From Candidatus Moraniibacteriota bacterium (GTDB taxonomy: Bacteria; Patescibacteriota; Minisyncoccia; Moranbacterales; DUUL01), in assembly GCA_041583775.1 (NCBI GenBank), contig JBFHFF010000002.1:274-64273 (forward strand): a stretch of DNA of 64,000 nucleotides. The letters are read 5' to 3'. This document shows positions 9,782 to 19,622 of this stretch, one piece after another. Position numbers and translations under genes: made by a program. The notes under the pieces were generated by a model. It made no database searches, was not told where the DNA came from, and saw only the letters and a program-made list of their open reading frames with translations. Every line of letters starts with the position of its first letter. Position 1 is the stretch's first letter.

Positions 9782-10387
9782 CTAAGGAATATTTCTTGGC
9801 CTAACCATTGTTTCTATCATCATTGAATCTGGAGCTTGATTTATGTCTATATTTGCGTAGACTCTAATTCTAACTAGCTCCACTTCATTAAAATTAAATT
9901 CTCCAGTCAAAGGAGTTTCTCCATCTTCTTGGTAGTAATAAAAAAGTGGCATAGCAAGAGTTTTATTAACAACACCGCCACCAATCGTCCTCACCGAAGA
10001 TGATCCACTAAGGTATGATGGTGGATTTTGAGTTAAATCAGGTTCAATAATTTCAAGCTCTAAATATCCCCCCAACAGAGAGTATGTCAGCTTTTCCGCA
10101 AAACTATCGTTGTCAATATCGGCATAAAAAGCCATTGAATATTCATCGCATTTGCTAAGCAAATAACTACCATCCTCTGCCTGACGAGCCTCTCTAAGAT
10201 TAGCAGAAAAACTTCTCAAAGAAGTTTGCAAAACAGACAAATTTAAGCCCTGCTCAATAAGATAACCGTTAATACTGAAAGTTCTTATAATAAAAAGCGA
10301 GAGCACCCCCAATAAAATAATCATTATAGAAATCGTAACAATCATCTCCACTAAAGACAGCCCTTTTTTATTTTTAGATATTCTCAT
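9782..10387 (-). CDS. prepilin-type N-terminal cleavage/methylation domain protein (type IV pilin/pseudopilin-like)
   Basis: 201 aa. N-terminus KKGLSLVEMIVTISIMIILLGV fits the G-(F/L)-(S/T)-L-(I/V)-E motif plus a hydrophobic helix. Confidence 0.75.
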   Translation of the reverse strand: MRISKNKKGLSLVEMIVTISIMIILLGVLSLFIIRTFSINGYLIEQGLNLSVLQTSLRSFSANLREARQAEDGSYLLSKCDEYSMAFYADIDNDSFAEKLTYSLLGGYLELEIIEPDLTQNPPSYLSGSSSVRTIGGGVVNKTLAMPLFYYYQEDGETPLTGEFNFNEVELVRIRVYANIDINQAPDSMMIETMVRPRNIP

Positions 10388-10438
10388 AAGAACATTTTTT
10401 TAAATTTAATTTTACAAATTAATAAATAAGAGCAAATG

Positions 10439-11776
10439 CTATTCAATTAAAGTTAACATTATTTCTTCCAGAGTGAAAGCACTCACAGTTGTAGTCACAG
10501 ATTGATCATAATAACCATCTGCATTAATTTCAATATCATAATCACCTGCAATTAATTCTTCAAAAACATCGCCTTCATCAAATCTAAAAAATGCAAATCC
10601 CAAAGAATCACTCAAAACAGTTCGGTCATAGTCTATATCGGTATTTTGAAGCCTAACAGAGGCGTCTTGCACTGGTGCGTTGTCACTATCGTCCTTTATC
10701 TTTACTAACAGTGAATTCTTAAGTTCATCTACAAAGATCAATTTCATAGTGTCGCTTATTCCTGCACTCAAAGCAAAAGGATATTTTCCGTCTTCAACTC
10801 CAATAAATTCATACCCTGACTTTCCCACAGTATCAATATTTGCAAGTCTGTAATTACCAGGGTTCATTTTTAAATCTAAATTTTCATTATTTTTATAATC
10901 TATATTTCCAGAAGCGTCTGTTTCTTGAGGATTTCCCGTATCATCATAAGAATAAGTATCAGGATCATTGCCAGTTTTTTGTCCTCCAAAAAGTTCAACT
11001 TCGACACTAGAAATACCATCCCCTTCTTCATCTATAGCGCTGACAACCAAATTTGATGTTCTACTAAGAGAAAAATAACGCAGTGCAGAATCATTTTCAT
11101 TTGTTAATAAAATGTTTTTATAAATCGGATCGAATGGAAGACTTGTTCCACTAGCATCATAAGTATTTAATGTCCCATAGCCATTTTTAGAAATAACAGC
11201 CTGATACTCTTTATTGTCTCCATCAACACCATAAAATAATACATTCCCATTTTCATCATCCGTCAGTTGAGAAGCTTTTAATCCGCTAGAAATTTCAGTT
11301 AATTCAACTAATGCTCCACTTAGTGGAGCATAGGAATTACTGTCATAAGTGTTTATAAATATTGTACCATGAGCTATCCCCGTAGAAGAAAAATTATTAG
11401 CAAAATAAACATTTCTTTCTTTCCCTCTATTCATCCAAGATACTTTTACTCTTAGTTGCTTATAATCACCTTCTCCATTAACTCCGTTCTCAAAATCATC
11501 AATCATAATAACAGAGGTCTCAATGTCATATGTAAAACCACTTCTTTCAATGCTCGCTACATTGGGAGGATCAATGATTGGGATATTTTCATAGCTAAAA
11601 TTTCTATAATATTCAATTCTTTCAGTTGATAAAGCTATTGCCCCCATGCGTTGCTTTGCATCAGCCATAATCCCTATCGTCTGAACAAAAATAGCATAAA
11701 CACTTGTCGTAATAACTCCCACTAAAAAAACACCTATTATGACCTCAATTATTGTCACACCTCTTTTGTCTTTCAT
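10439..11776 (-). CDS. large prepilin-type N-terminal domain protein (minor pilin-like)
   Basis: 445 aa. N-terminus DKRGVTIIEVIIGVFLVGVITTS carries the prepilin motif. Confidence 0.75.
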   Translation of the reverse strand: MKDKRGVTIIEVIIGVFLVGVITTSVYAIFVQTIGIMADAKQRMGAIALSTERIEYYRNFSYENIPIIDPPNVASIERSGFTYDIETSVIMIDDFENGVNGEGDYKQLRVKVSWMNRGKERNVYFANNFSSTGIAHGTIFINTYDSNSYAPLSGALVELTEISSGLKASQLTDDENGNVLFYGVDGDNKEYQAVISKNGYGTLNTYDASGTSLPFDPIYKNILLTNENDSALRYFSLSRTSNLVVSAIDEEGDGISSVEVELFGGQKTGNDPDTYSYDDTGNPQETDASGNIDYKNNENLDLKMNPGNYRLANIDTVGKSGYEFIGVEDGKYPFALSAGISDTMKLIFVDELKNSLLVKIKDDSDNAPVQDASVRLQNTDIDYDRTVLSDSLGFAFFRFDEGDVFEELIAGDYDIEINADGYYDQSVTTTVSAFTLEEIMLTLIE

Positions 11777-12036
11777 TTGTCCCCTTTTTTATATTGTTTT
11801 CTAATATATTTTCATTATATCATTATATTTGTTTTTTTAAAAAATATTACAGAACATAATCCAAGCCACATTTAATATGCCTTGTTATGAACTTTTTTTA
11901 TTTTTCCAATTCTCTTTTATATCAATTTAAAAAACATCATTCAAATATATAAATTTTCAAAAAAATATAAGAAAAATTAAAAAAATGGAGTATAATAAAA
12001 ATTGTGAAACAAATATAAAAATAATTTTAAATATAT

Positions 12037-14385
12037 ATGAAGGAACATAAAGGACTTACTCAAGAAAAAGCTAAGATACTCCAGCAGAAAAATGGTCTAA
12101 ACGAAATTAAAGAAAAAAAGGTTGCTTTTGTTTTAAAATTTACAAAATGGTTAGTCTCCCCCGTTGCTTTAATGCTTTTAGCCACAGCAATTCTTTCATT
12201 GTTAATTGAAAAAAATTTCGATTTCTATTTTATTGTTTTTCTAATGTTGCTTAATTTTTCTATCAGTTTCTGGCAAGAGAAAAAGGCTGATAATGCGATT
12301 GAAAAGCTAAGCAAACAACTTGCTATTGATGTGAAAGTCTTGCGAGATCGAGAATGGAAATTACTAAACTCCAAATACCTTGTTGCTGGTGATATCATTG
12401 AGCTTAATATGGGAGATATAATCCCAGCTGATATTAAAATTATTGAAGAAAAAAATTTAAGCATCAATGAAGCCGCTCTTACAGGTGAATCGTTGTCAAA
12501 AGAAAAAAAAGAAAATGATACCTGTTTTTCTGGCTCGTTTATCTCCATAGGCTGGACCAAGGCAATGGTTGTTGCCACTGGAAAGAAAACTTATTTTGGA
12601 AATATATTAACTTCTATTGATAAAACATACAAAAAAAGTTCTCTTGAAAATGACATTCTAAGTATCTCTAAGTGGCTAATCTCACTTAGTTTATTAGCTG
12701 CAATAATCCTCACCACAGTTTTTCTGTTCGAAGGAAAACCTTTGTTAGAAATCCTCACTTTGAATTTAAGCCTTCTTGTTGCTGGAATTCCAATCAGCTT
12801 GCCAACTGTTATGACCCTTATTATAAGTTTTGGTGTTGTGGGATTAGCTAAAAAAAAGGTAATCGTGAGACGATTGTCATCACTCAAAGATTTGGCAAAC
12901 GCCAATCTACTACTCACTGACAAAACTGGAACTTTAACAAAAAACAAAATATCCGTTGAAAAAATAATCTCCTATAATGGTTATTCAGAAAACGAAGCTC
13001 TTATTTTGGCATCATTCACAACTCATGAAAATGATCGGAGTCCTATTAGTTTGGCTATCCTAGAAAAAACAAAATCGCTAAAAACAAATCTCAAACACAA
13101 AATAATCGATTTTTCGCCTTTTGACTCTGAACGAAAAAGAAGTTCTGCAAAAGTTTTTTTTAAAAACAAAAATTTATCCATTAGAAGTGGCGCCACTCAA
13201 GTTATTCAATCTTTTTGCAATTTAGATGAAGGTGTTTCCAAAAAATTCGAAAATGATGTCTTGGCTGCTGCGGAAAAAGGCTATCGTACGATAGCTGTTT
13301 CTGTTAAAGATTACTCTACTGGAGAAAAAGAGATGAAACTTTGTGGTCTCTTGTTTTTCTCTGATTCGCTAGTAACTGGAGCAAAAAAAACCATCAAATT
13401 CATAAAAGAAAATGGTATAAAAACAAAAATGCTAACAGGCGATCACATTTTAATTGCTGAACGGATTGCAAAAAATTTAGGCCTTATCGGAAAAACTGTC
13501 AGCCCGGAAAGTTTTGGGAAAAAATTTGAAAATTTGACACCCGAAGAATTTGAAGATATTGGTGTTTTCGCAGAGATATCGCCTATTGATAAATATGATA
13601 TTGTTAAGTTTGCTCAAGATAAATATGTTGTTGCTGTAACTGGAGATGGAGTTAATGACCTCCCTGCCCTCAAGAAAGCTGATGTTAGTATTGCTGTGAA
13701 AAATGCCGTTGACGCCCTAAAAAGCTCAGCTGATATAAATCTTATGGGTAGTGGCGTTTCTGTGATCTGTGATGCAATCATTGAATCTAGAAAAATTTTT
13801 GAGAGACTTTATTCTTATTCTGTTTATAGAATTTCTGAGAGTTTTAGAATTGTTTTAACAATCACAATTTTGGGAATTTTCTACGGAACATATCCTTTAT
13901 TGCCAATTCAACTAATTTTATTAGCACTTCTAAATGATATACCAATTATTTCGCTTGCATTCAACAGAGTTAAAATAGCAACAAAACCATCAAAAATAAA
14001 TGCCCGGGCTAGACTCAAGATGAGTGCCCTGTTTGGTTTTGTTGGAGTAATTAACAGTATTTTATTTGTAGCAATTCTAAGAAATATTCTACACTTTAAC
14101 TGGGACATTATTCAAACACTATTCTTCTTGAAATTAACTGTATCTGGGCATATGCTAATCTATATTGCTCATATCAAAGAGCGCTGGTATAAATATCTTC
14201 CAAGCATACAGGTGATTTGGGCAACTGGAACCACTCAAATTATAGCGACAGTTTTTGCTGCAACGGGAATCTTCATGACCAGAGTCTCTTTTGGGTGGAT
14301 AATTTTTGTTTGGCTCTGGGCACTTCTATGGATGCAAGTATCGGAATATACAAAAAGTTTAAGTAAACAGATCCCGTCAAAATAA
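12037..14385 (+). CDS. P-type ATPase, plasma-membrane (P3A-like) cation/proton pump
   Basis: 782 aa with LTGES, the phosphorylation site DKTGTLT, the hinge TGDGVNDLPALKKADVSIAV and a P3A-like N-terminus. Confidence 0.9.
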   Translation: MKEHKGLTQEKAKILQQKNGLNEIKEKKVAFVLKFTKWLVSPVALMLLATAILSLLIEKNFDFYFIVFLMLLNFSISFWQEKKADNAIEKLSKQLAIDVKVLRDREWKLLNSKYLVAGDIIELNMGDIIPADIKIIEEKNLSINEAALTGESLSKEKKENDTCFSGSFISIGWTKAMVVATGKKTYFGNILTSIDKTYKKSSLENDILSISKWLISLSLLAAIILTTVFLFEGKPLLEILTLNLSLLVAGIPISLPTVMTLIISFGVVGLAKKKVIVRRLSSLKDLANANLLLTDKTGTLTKNKISVEKIISYNGYSENEALILASFTTHENDRSPISLAILEKTKSLKTNLKHKIIDFSPFDSERKRSSAKVFFKNKNLSIRSGATQVIQSFCNLDEGVSKKFENDVLAAAEKGYRTIAVSVKDYSTGEKEMKLCGLLFFSDSLVTGAKKTIKFIKENGIKTKMLTGDHILIAERIAKNLGLIGKTVSPESFGKKFENLTPEEFEDIGVFAEISPIDKYDIVKFAQDKYVVAVTGDGVNDLPALKKADVSIAVKNAVDALKSSADINLMGSGVSVICDAIIESRKIFERLYSYSVYRISESFRIVLTITILGIFYGTYPLLPIQLILLALLNDIPIISLAFNRVKIATKPSKINARARLKMSALFGFVGVINSILFVAILRNILHFNWDIIQTLFFLKLTVSGHMLIYIAHIKERWYKYLPSIQVIWATGTTQIIATVFAATGIFMTRVSFGWIIFVWLWALLWMQVSEYTKSLSKQIPSK

Positions 14386-14476
14386 CTAGAAAGATTTTAT
14401 ACACATAGGTTAAGAAAGATTACTTTTTTGTAACTCCATTGTTAAATTAAAAAATATTAAAGACACAACAAGTCTA

Positions 14477-16237
14477 ATGCGAAAAAAAATATTTAAAAAA
14501 AACAACCAAACATTCCCATCTCGGACTCTTTTTGGATTGCTTCCTAGATATTCAAGTTTGGTGGCTACAATAATAGCGCTCACCATCTTCGTAAATGGCT
14601 TAGGAATACTAATCCCAAAAATAATTTCCCGAGCAATTGATGATTATACGGGTGACAGTTTTTCGATGATAAATTTGATTATCGAATTTTCGCTGATAAC
14701 TTTTTTTATTTTCATATTCACATATTTACAAAACATTTTTCAAGTTTTGACATCTGAACGCGTTGCGAGAGATATGAGAAATGATATTTTTTCAAAACTA
14801 TCAAAACAGTCCCCTGCCTACATTGAAAGTGCCACCTCTATGAAACTTTTGACAAATCTAACATCCGATGTAGATGCAGTAAAAAACTTTGTTTCAATAG
14901 CAATTTCATCAATAGTTTCGTCCGTATTTTTAATTATCGGAGTATCCATAATGCTTATTATTACCGATTGGAAACTTGCACTAACAGTTCTTTCGGTTAT
15001 GCCAATTATTGCAACTACCTTCTTTTTTATATTAAGAAGGGTGCGTGTCTTATTCACTAAATCTCAAGAAGTAATTGACTGGCTCAATAAAGTTATTAGC
15101 GAAAGCATTCTTGGGTCAGCCCTAATTCGTTTGCTCAACTCTCAGAATAATGAAAAAAAGAAATTTCTGAAAGCTTCAAAAGAGGCACTGGATATTAGCT
15201 TTAAAATATTAAAACTTCTTTCAACGCTCATTCCCTCAATTCATTTTCTCACTAATATTGCAACGCTTGTAATTGTTTTTTTGGGAGGTTATTTTGTTAT
15301 ACAAGGCGAAATGTCTCTCGGAAATTTTACTGCATTTAATAGCTACCTTACTATTTTAATTTTTCCAATACTTATACTTGGGTTTATTAGTAATGTTATA
15401 GCACAGGCACAAGCTTCTTATGAGCGTATCTTAAAAGTGCTTTCTACTCCCATTGAAGAAAAAGATGGAAAATTAAAAAAAGATCTTTTGGGCAATATTG
15501 AAATGAAAAATATCAACATCGTTCTAAACGAAAAACCTATCCTTAAAAATATTTCCTTTTCCATAAAAGCTGGGAGCAAAACAGCACTAGTTGGTCCTAC
15601 TGCTGCTGGAAAAACACAACTTCTATATTTACTATCTGGATTAACAACGCCAGCGTCTGGCGAAATATTTTTTGATAACAAACAAGTAGTTGAATATGAA
15701 AAACAATGCTTACGCAACCAAATTGGTTTTGTTTTTCAAGACAGCTCTCTTTTCAATTTAAGTTTGCGCGAAAATATTTCTTTCAACAATACAGTAAAAG
15801 ACACTGATCTCAATAAAGCAATTGAAACTGCTGAATTAAAAGAATATGTTGATTCTTTACCAAAAAAATTAGACACTATTGTCTCAGAAAAGGGCACCAG
15901 TCTTTCAGGCGGTCAAAAACAAAGAATCATTCTAGCTAGAGCACTCGCATTAAATCCAAAAATATTATTACTCGACGATTTCACGGCCAGAATTGACAAC
16001 AATACTGAAAGAAAAATTTTAAACAATATTGCTAAAAATTATCCTCAAATAACGATTTTGTCTGTCACTCAAAAAATCTATTCTGTAAAAAACTACGATC
16101 AAATAATTTTACTTATGGAAGGTGAAATTTTAGCAAAAGGAACTCACAAACAACTAATTTGTACATCACCAGAATATGTTCAAATCTTTCATTCTCAAAA
16201 AAGTACTAACCAATATGAAATAGACAATGAAAAATAA
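14477..16237 (+). CDS. ABC transporter permease/ATP-binding protein (exporter half-transporter)
   Basis: 586 aa. N-terminal TMD, Walker A GPTAAGKTQ, signature LSGGQKQRI. Confidence 0.9.
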   Translation: MRKKIFKKNNQTFPSRTLFGLLPRYSSLVATIIALTIFVNGLGILIPKIISRAIDDYTGDSFSMINLIIEFSLITFFIFIFTYLQNIFQVLTSERVARDMRNDIFSKLSKQSPAYIESATSMKLLTNLTSDVDAVKNFVSIAISSIVSSVFLIIGVSIMLIITDWKLALTVLSVMPIIATTFFFILRRVRVLFTKSQEVIDWLNKVISESILGSALIRLLNSQNNEKKKFLKASKEALDISFKILKLLSTLIPSIHFLTNIATLVIVFLGGYFVIQGEMSLGNFTAFNSYLTILIFPILILGFISNVIAQAQASYERILKVLSTPIEEKDGKLKKDLLGNIEMKNINIVLNEKPILKNISFSIKAGSKTALVGPTAAGKTQLLYLLSGLTTPASGEIFFDNKQVVEYEKQCLRNQIGFVFQDSSLFNLSLRENISFNNTVKDTDLNKAIETAELKEYVDSLPKKLDTIVSEKGTSLSGGQKQRIILARALALNPKILLLDDFTARIDNNTERKILNNIAKNYPQITILSVTQKIYSVKNYDQIILLMEGEILAKGTHKQLICTSPEYVQIFHSQKSTNQYEIDNEK

Positions 16238-18017
16238 AAATATGAGATATTCACTTATTAAAGAAACAGAAAAAACAAAGAAAGATAAGGGTGTTTTAAT
16301 AGCTTCTTATCAAAGACTTTTTCCGCTTATGACCAAGGAAAAAAAATCTGTAACAATTTCTATGATTGCTACTTTAATAAATGCAATCACTTCCCTTCTT
16401 ATCCCTTTTATCATAGCCCACATAGTCGACACTTATATAGCAAATAAAAATTTTTATGGAATTATTTCTATCTCTATACTTCTTCTTATTATTATTGTTT
16501 TTGGTTTTATTTCAAATTATATACAAATTATAAATATGGGTGGTGTTGGTAGGAGGTTACTTTTCAATTTACGAAATAAGATATTTGATAAATTGCAAGA
16601 TTTACCAGTTGCTTTTTTTAATCAAAACAAAGCTGGAGATCTAATTTCACGCATAAATAATGACACAGATAAATTAAACCAATTTTTCTCTCAAGCATTA
16701 ATGCAATTTATTGGTAGTATTTTCATTGTGATTAGTACTGGTATTTTTATTCTTTTTATTAATTTAAAACTTGGAGTTGTCGCACTTTTGCCTGCATTTT
16801 TAGCCCTAATCATAACTCAAATTCTTTCTCCTTGGGTAAAAAGAGCCAACCTTAAAAGTCTCGACTCCTTAGGTTCTATGAGTGCGGAAATAAAAGAAAG
16901 CATCGAGAATTTCAAGGTAATAGTTGCTTTTAATCGTATTGATTATTTAAAAGACAAATTTAGCAAAGTTAATGAAAAAAATTATTCAGCATCAGTCTCA
17001 TCTGGTATCGCAAATAATATATTTAATCCTATTTATGTATTCGCTTCCTCATCAGCTCAACTCTCAGTGCTAGCTTATGGAATATATTTAATCTCGACAG
17101 AAAATTTTTCCATTGGCCTATTAATTGGTTTTTTACTTTATGTTAATAATTTCTATAACCCACTCCGACAACTTGCATCTGTTTGGTCCTCACTTCAACT
17201 AGCGCTTGCAGCATTAGATAGAATTTCTGAGGTATTGAAGTTGGAGTCTAATTTAAAAATAAAACCAAACAAAGAAATAAAGAAAATTGTTTCATCAGAT
17301 ATTATAATGGAATTTAAAAATGTATCCTTTAATTACCAGGGAGATAAAGATGTTTTAAGGGATATTAATTTCAAACTCAGAAAAGGAAAAACTTATGCAC
17401 TTGTTGGGCCTACCGGAGGAGGGAAAACAACAACTGCTTCTTTAATGGCTCGTCTTTACGATCCAACCAAGGGATCCGTATATTTAGATGGAAAAAATAT
17501 TCAATGCTACAAACCAGCGGAGAAAGTAAAAAAAATTGGTTTTATTTTGCAAGAGCCTTTTTTGTTCAATGGCACAATACGCGAAAATATTTTATACGGA
17601 AATATTGCCTACTCAAAATACACTAACGCTGAATTAACAAATGTTTTAAAAGAAAGAAATCTAGCTAAACTAGTTTCAAAATTTTCTGATGGGCTTAATA
17701 CAAAAGTTTTTTCAAATGGTGATTCTATAAGTCTAGGACAAAAACAATTAATCGCTTTTATTCGGGTAGTTTTACGAGACCCCGACATGTTAATTCTGGA
17801 TGAGGCAACTGCAAATATTGACACTGTTACCGAACAACTTTTAGAAAAAATTATAAATCAATTACCAAAAAAAACTACCAAAGTAATTATCGCGCACCGT
17901 CTTAATACAATCGAACACGCTGATGAAATATTTTTCATAAACTCCTCCAAAATAACACAAGCTGGCTCAATGCAAGATGCAGTTGATATGTTATTGCATA
18001 ATAAAAGAAATAGTTAA
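16227..18017 (+). CDS. ABC transporter permease/ATP-binding protein (second half of heterodimeric exporter)
   Basis: 596 aa. Walker A GPTGGGKTT, degenerate signature ISLGQKQLI. Overlaps the upstream gene by 11 nt. Confidence 0.9.
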   Translation: MKNKNMRYSLIKETEKTKKDKGVLIASYQRLFPLMTKEKKSVTISMIATLINAITSLLIPFIIAHIVDTYIANKNFYGIISISILLLIIIVFGFISNYIQIINMGGVGRRLLFNLRNKIFDKLQDLPVAFFNQNKAGDLISRINNDTDKLNQFFSQALMQFIGSIFIVISTGIFILFINLKLGVVALLPAFLALIITQILSPWVKRANLKSLDSLGSMSAEIKESIENFKVIVAFNRIDYLKDKFSKVNEKNYSASVSSGIANNIFNPIYVFASSSAQLSVLAYGIYLISTENFSIGLLIGFLLYVNNFYNPLRQLASVWSSLQLALAALDRISEVLKLESNLKIKPNKEIKKIVSSDIIMEFKNVSFNYQGDKDVLRDINFKLRKGKTYALVGPTGGGKTTTASLMARLYDPTKGSVYLDGKNIQCYKPAEKVKKIGFILQEPFLFNGTIRENILYGNIAYSKYTNAELTNVLKERNLAKLVSKFSDGLNTKVFSNGDSISLGQKQLIAFIRVVLRDPDMLILDEATANIDTVTEQLLEKIINQLPKKTTKVIIAHRLNTIEHADEIFFINSSKITQAGSMQDAVDMLLHNKRNS

Positions 18018-18215
18018 ACTAATCTAAATAATGAAAAATACTCATTTTAAGGGTATTTTTTTATTATTTAGATTGTTTTTTATTTAAATTTTATTTTTTT
18101 ATTTTGGGTATTTCCTTTTTTTATCAACAAATAACTTGACTACCACCTATAATTAGGATAAAATATAAGGCTAATAGAAAATCTATTTTAAGCCGCAAGC
18201 TAAAGAATTTAGCAT

Positions 18216-19583
18216 ATGAATTGGACCCAAGAAAAAGGTAGGGAACAAAATTTTACACAAAATATTTCAACTGATTTTGTGAAAATTGCTTGGCGAGAAA
18301 TTTTCTACAAAACGGGGATAATTTTGTTTGGTTTAATTTTTCTGTTTCTGATAATCTTACTTAAATCAAAAACAACCGCCGACTTCTCAATCGAGCCCTA
18401 TCTTTTTTCTTATGCTATCTTTGTTACGGCCTTTATTTTTTCCAGACTTATTTCGGCTATGTTATATGAAAGTTCTTATGATAGTTTATTGGAGGAAGGA
18501 GAACGCTTGAGACAAAAAGATGAGAAATATGAGCCCCGAATAGCCTTTATAATACCTTGCAAAAATGAAGAAAAAGACATACGCAATACTATAGAGCAAT
18601 GCTATAGGGCCAATTATCCAAAACATAAAACTGAAATTGTTGTTATAAATGATGGTAGTACTGACAACACTTTAAATATTTTATTAGATTTGCAAAAAGA
18701 ATATCCAAATTTAAAAATAATTAACTGGGTAAAAAATCGAGGAAAACGCAGAGCAATGGTTGAAGGATTTGAAAAAACCAATGGCGATATTGTAATCCAA
18801 TTAGACAGTGATAGCTACATTGAACCATCAACAATAAAAGATCTGATTGAACCTTTTAAAAATCCAAAAGTGTCAGCAGTTTGTGCAAGTGGCGAACCAA
18901 CAAATGCCAACAAAAATCTAATAACAAAGATGCAAGCAGCATATTATTTTATGTCTTTTAGAATTCTTAAATCAGCAGAGTCAACTTATGATACTGTTTT
19001 TTGTTGCAGTGGATGTTGTTCGGCATATAGGAAAGAAACGGTTATGCCAATTTTATATCCTTGGTTAGAAGAAAAATTTTTGGGATTGCCAGTAACTTGG
19101 GGTGATGATCGTGCTCTAACTAGTTGGTTGCTTAAAATAGGCACCAAAACAATTTTTAATGATAAAGCAATCGCCTATACTGTGGTTCCTGACAATCTTA
19201 AGACTCTTTTAGTTCAACAATTGCGCTGGAAAAAATCATGGCTAGTTAATTTCTTTATCACAAGTAGGTTCATCTTCAAAAAACAACCATTTGTAAGTTT
19301 TTTTTACTATTTTCCTTTAGTATTCATTTCTCTTGTAACTCCAATAATGACTTTTCGCGCACTTATTTTTATCCCTTTAACCAAAGGGGTTCTGCCTCTC
19401 TACCACATCCTAGGCATTCTCCTATTAACAGCAATGATTGCTATGTATTATCGATTACTCGATAAGAATAATAAGTTTTGGCCGTATCTTTTTCTCTGGT
19501 CTTTATTTAATTTATTCATTCTTTCTTTCATAATAGTCTGGGCAGCAATCAGAATTCAAGACCGCGGATGGGGAACAAGATAA
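18216..19583 (+). CDS. processive family-2 glycosyltransferase, hyaluronan-synthase/NodC-like GlcNAc-polymer synthase
   Basis: 455 aa with two N-terminal and several C-terminal TM helices. Motifs: VINDGSTDNT, QLDSDSYI, GDDRALT, QQLRWKKSW (QxxRW). Confidence 0.85.
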   Translation: MNWTQEKGREQNFTQNISTDFVKIAWREIFYKTGIILFGLIFLFLIILLKSKTTADFSIEPYLFSYAIFVTAFIFSRLISAMLYESSYDSLLEEGERLRQKDEKYEPRIAFIIPCKNEEKDIRNTIEQCYRANYPKHKTEIVVINDGSTDNTLNILLDLQKEYPNLKIINWVKNRGKRRAMVEGFEKTNGDIVIQLDSDSYIEPSTIKDLIEPFKNPKVSAVCASGEPTNANKNLITKMQAAYYFMSFRILKSAESTYDTVFCCSGCCSAYRKETVMPILYPWLEEKFLGLPVTWGDDRALTSWLLKIGTKTIFNDKAIAYTVVPDNLKTLLVQQLRWKKSWLVNFFITSRFIFKKQPFVSFFYYFPLVFISLVTPIMTFRALIFIPLTKGVLPLYHILGILLLTAMIAMYYRLLDKNNKFWPYLFLWSLFNLFILSFIIVWAAIRIQDRGWGTR

Positions 19584-19622
19584 AACTATACTTCCCAACT
19601 GTAATTAGTAATTTCTAAAAAT

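Noticed and set aside
12225-12947. Two minus-strand ORFs (117 and 118 aa)
   Set aside because: They lie entirely antisense within the P-type ATPase gene, whose motifs are unambiguous.
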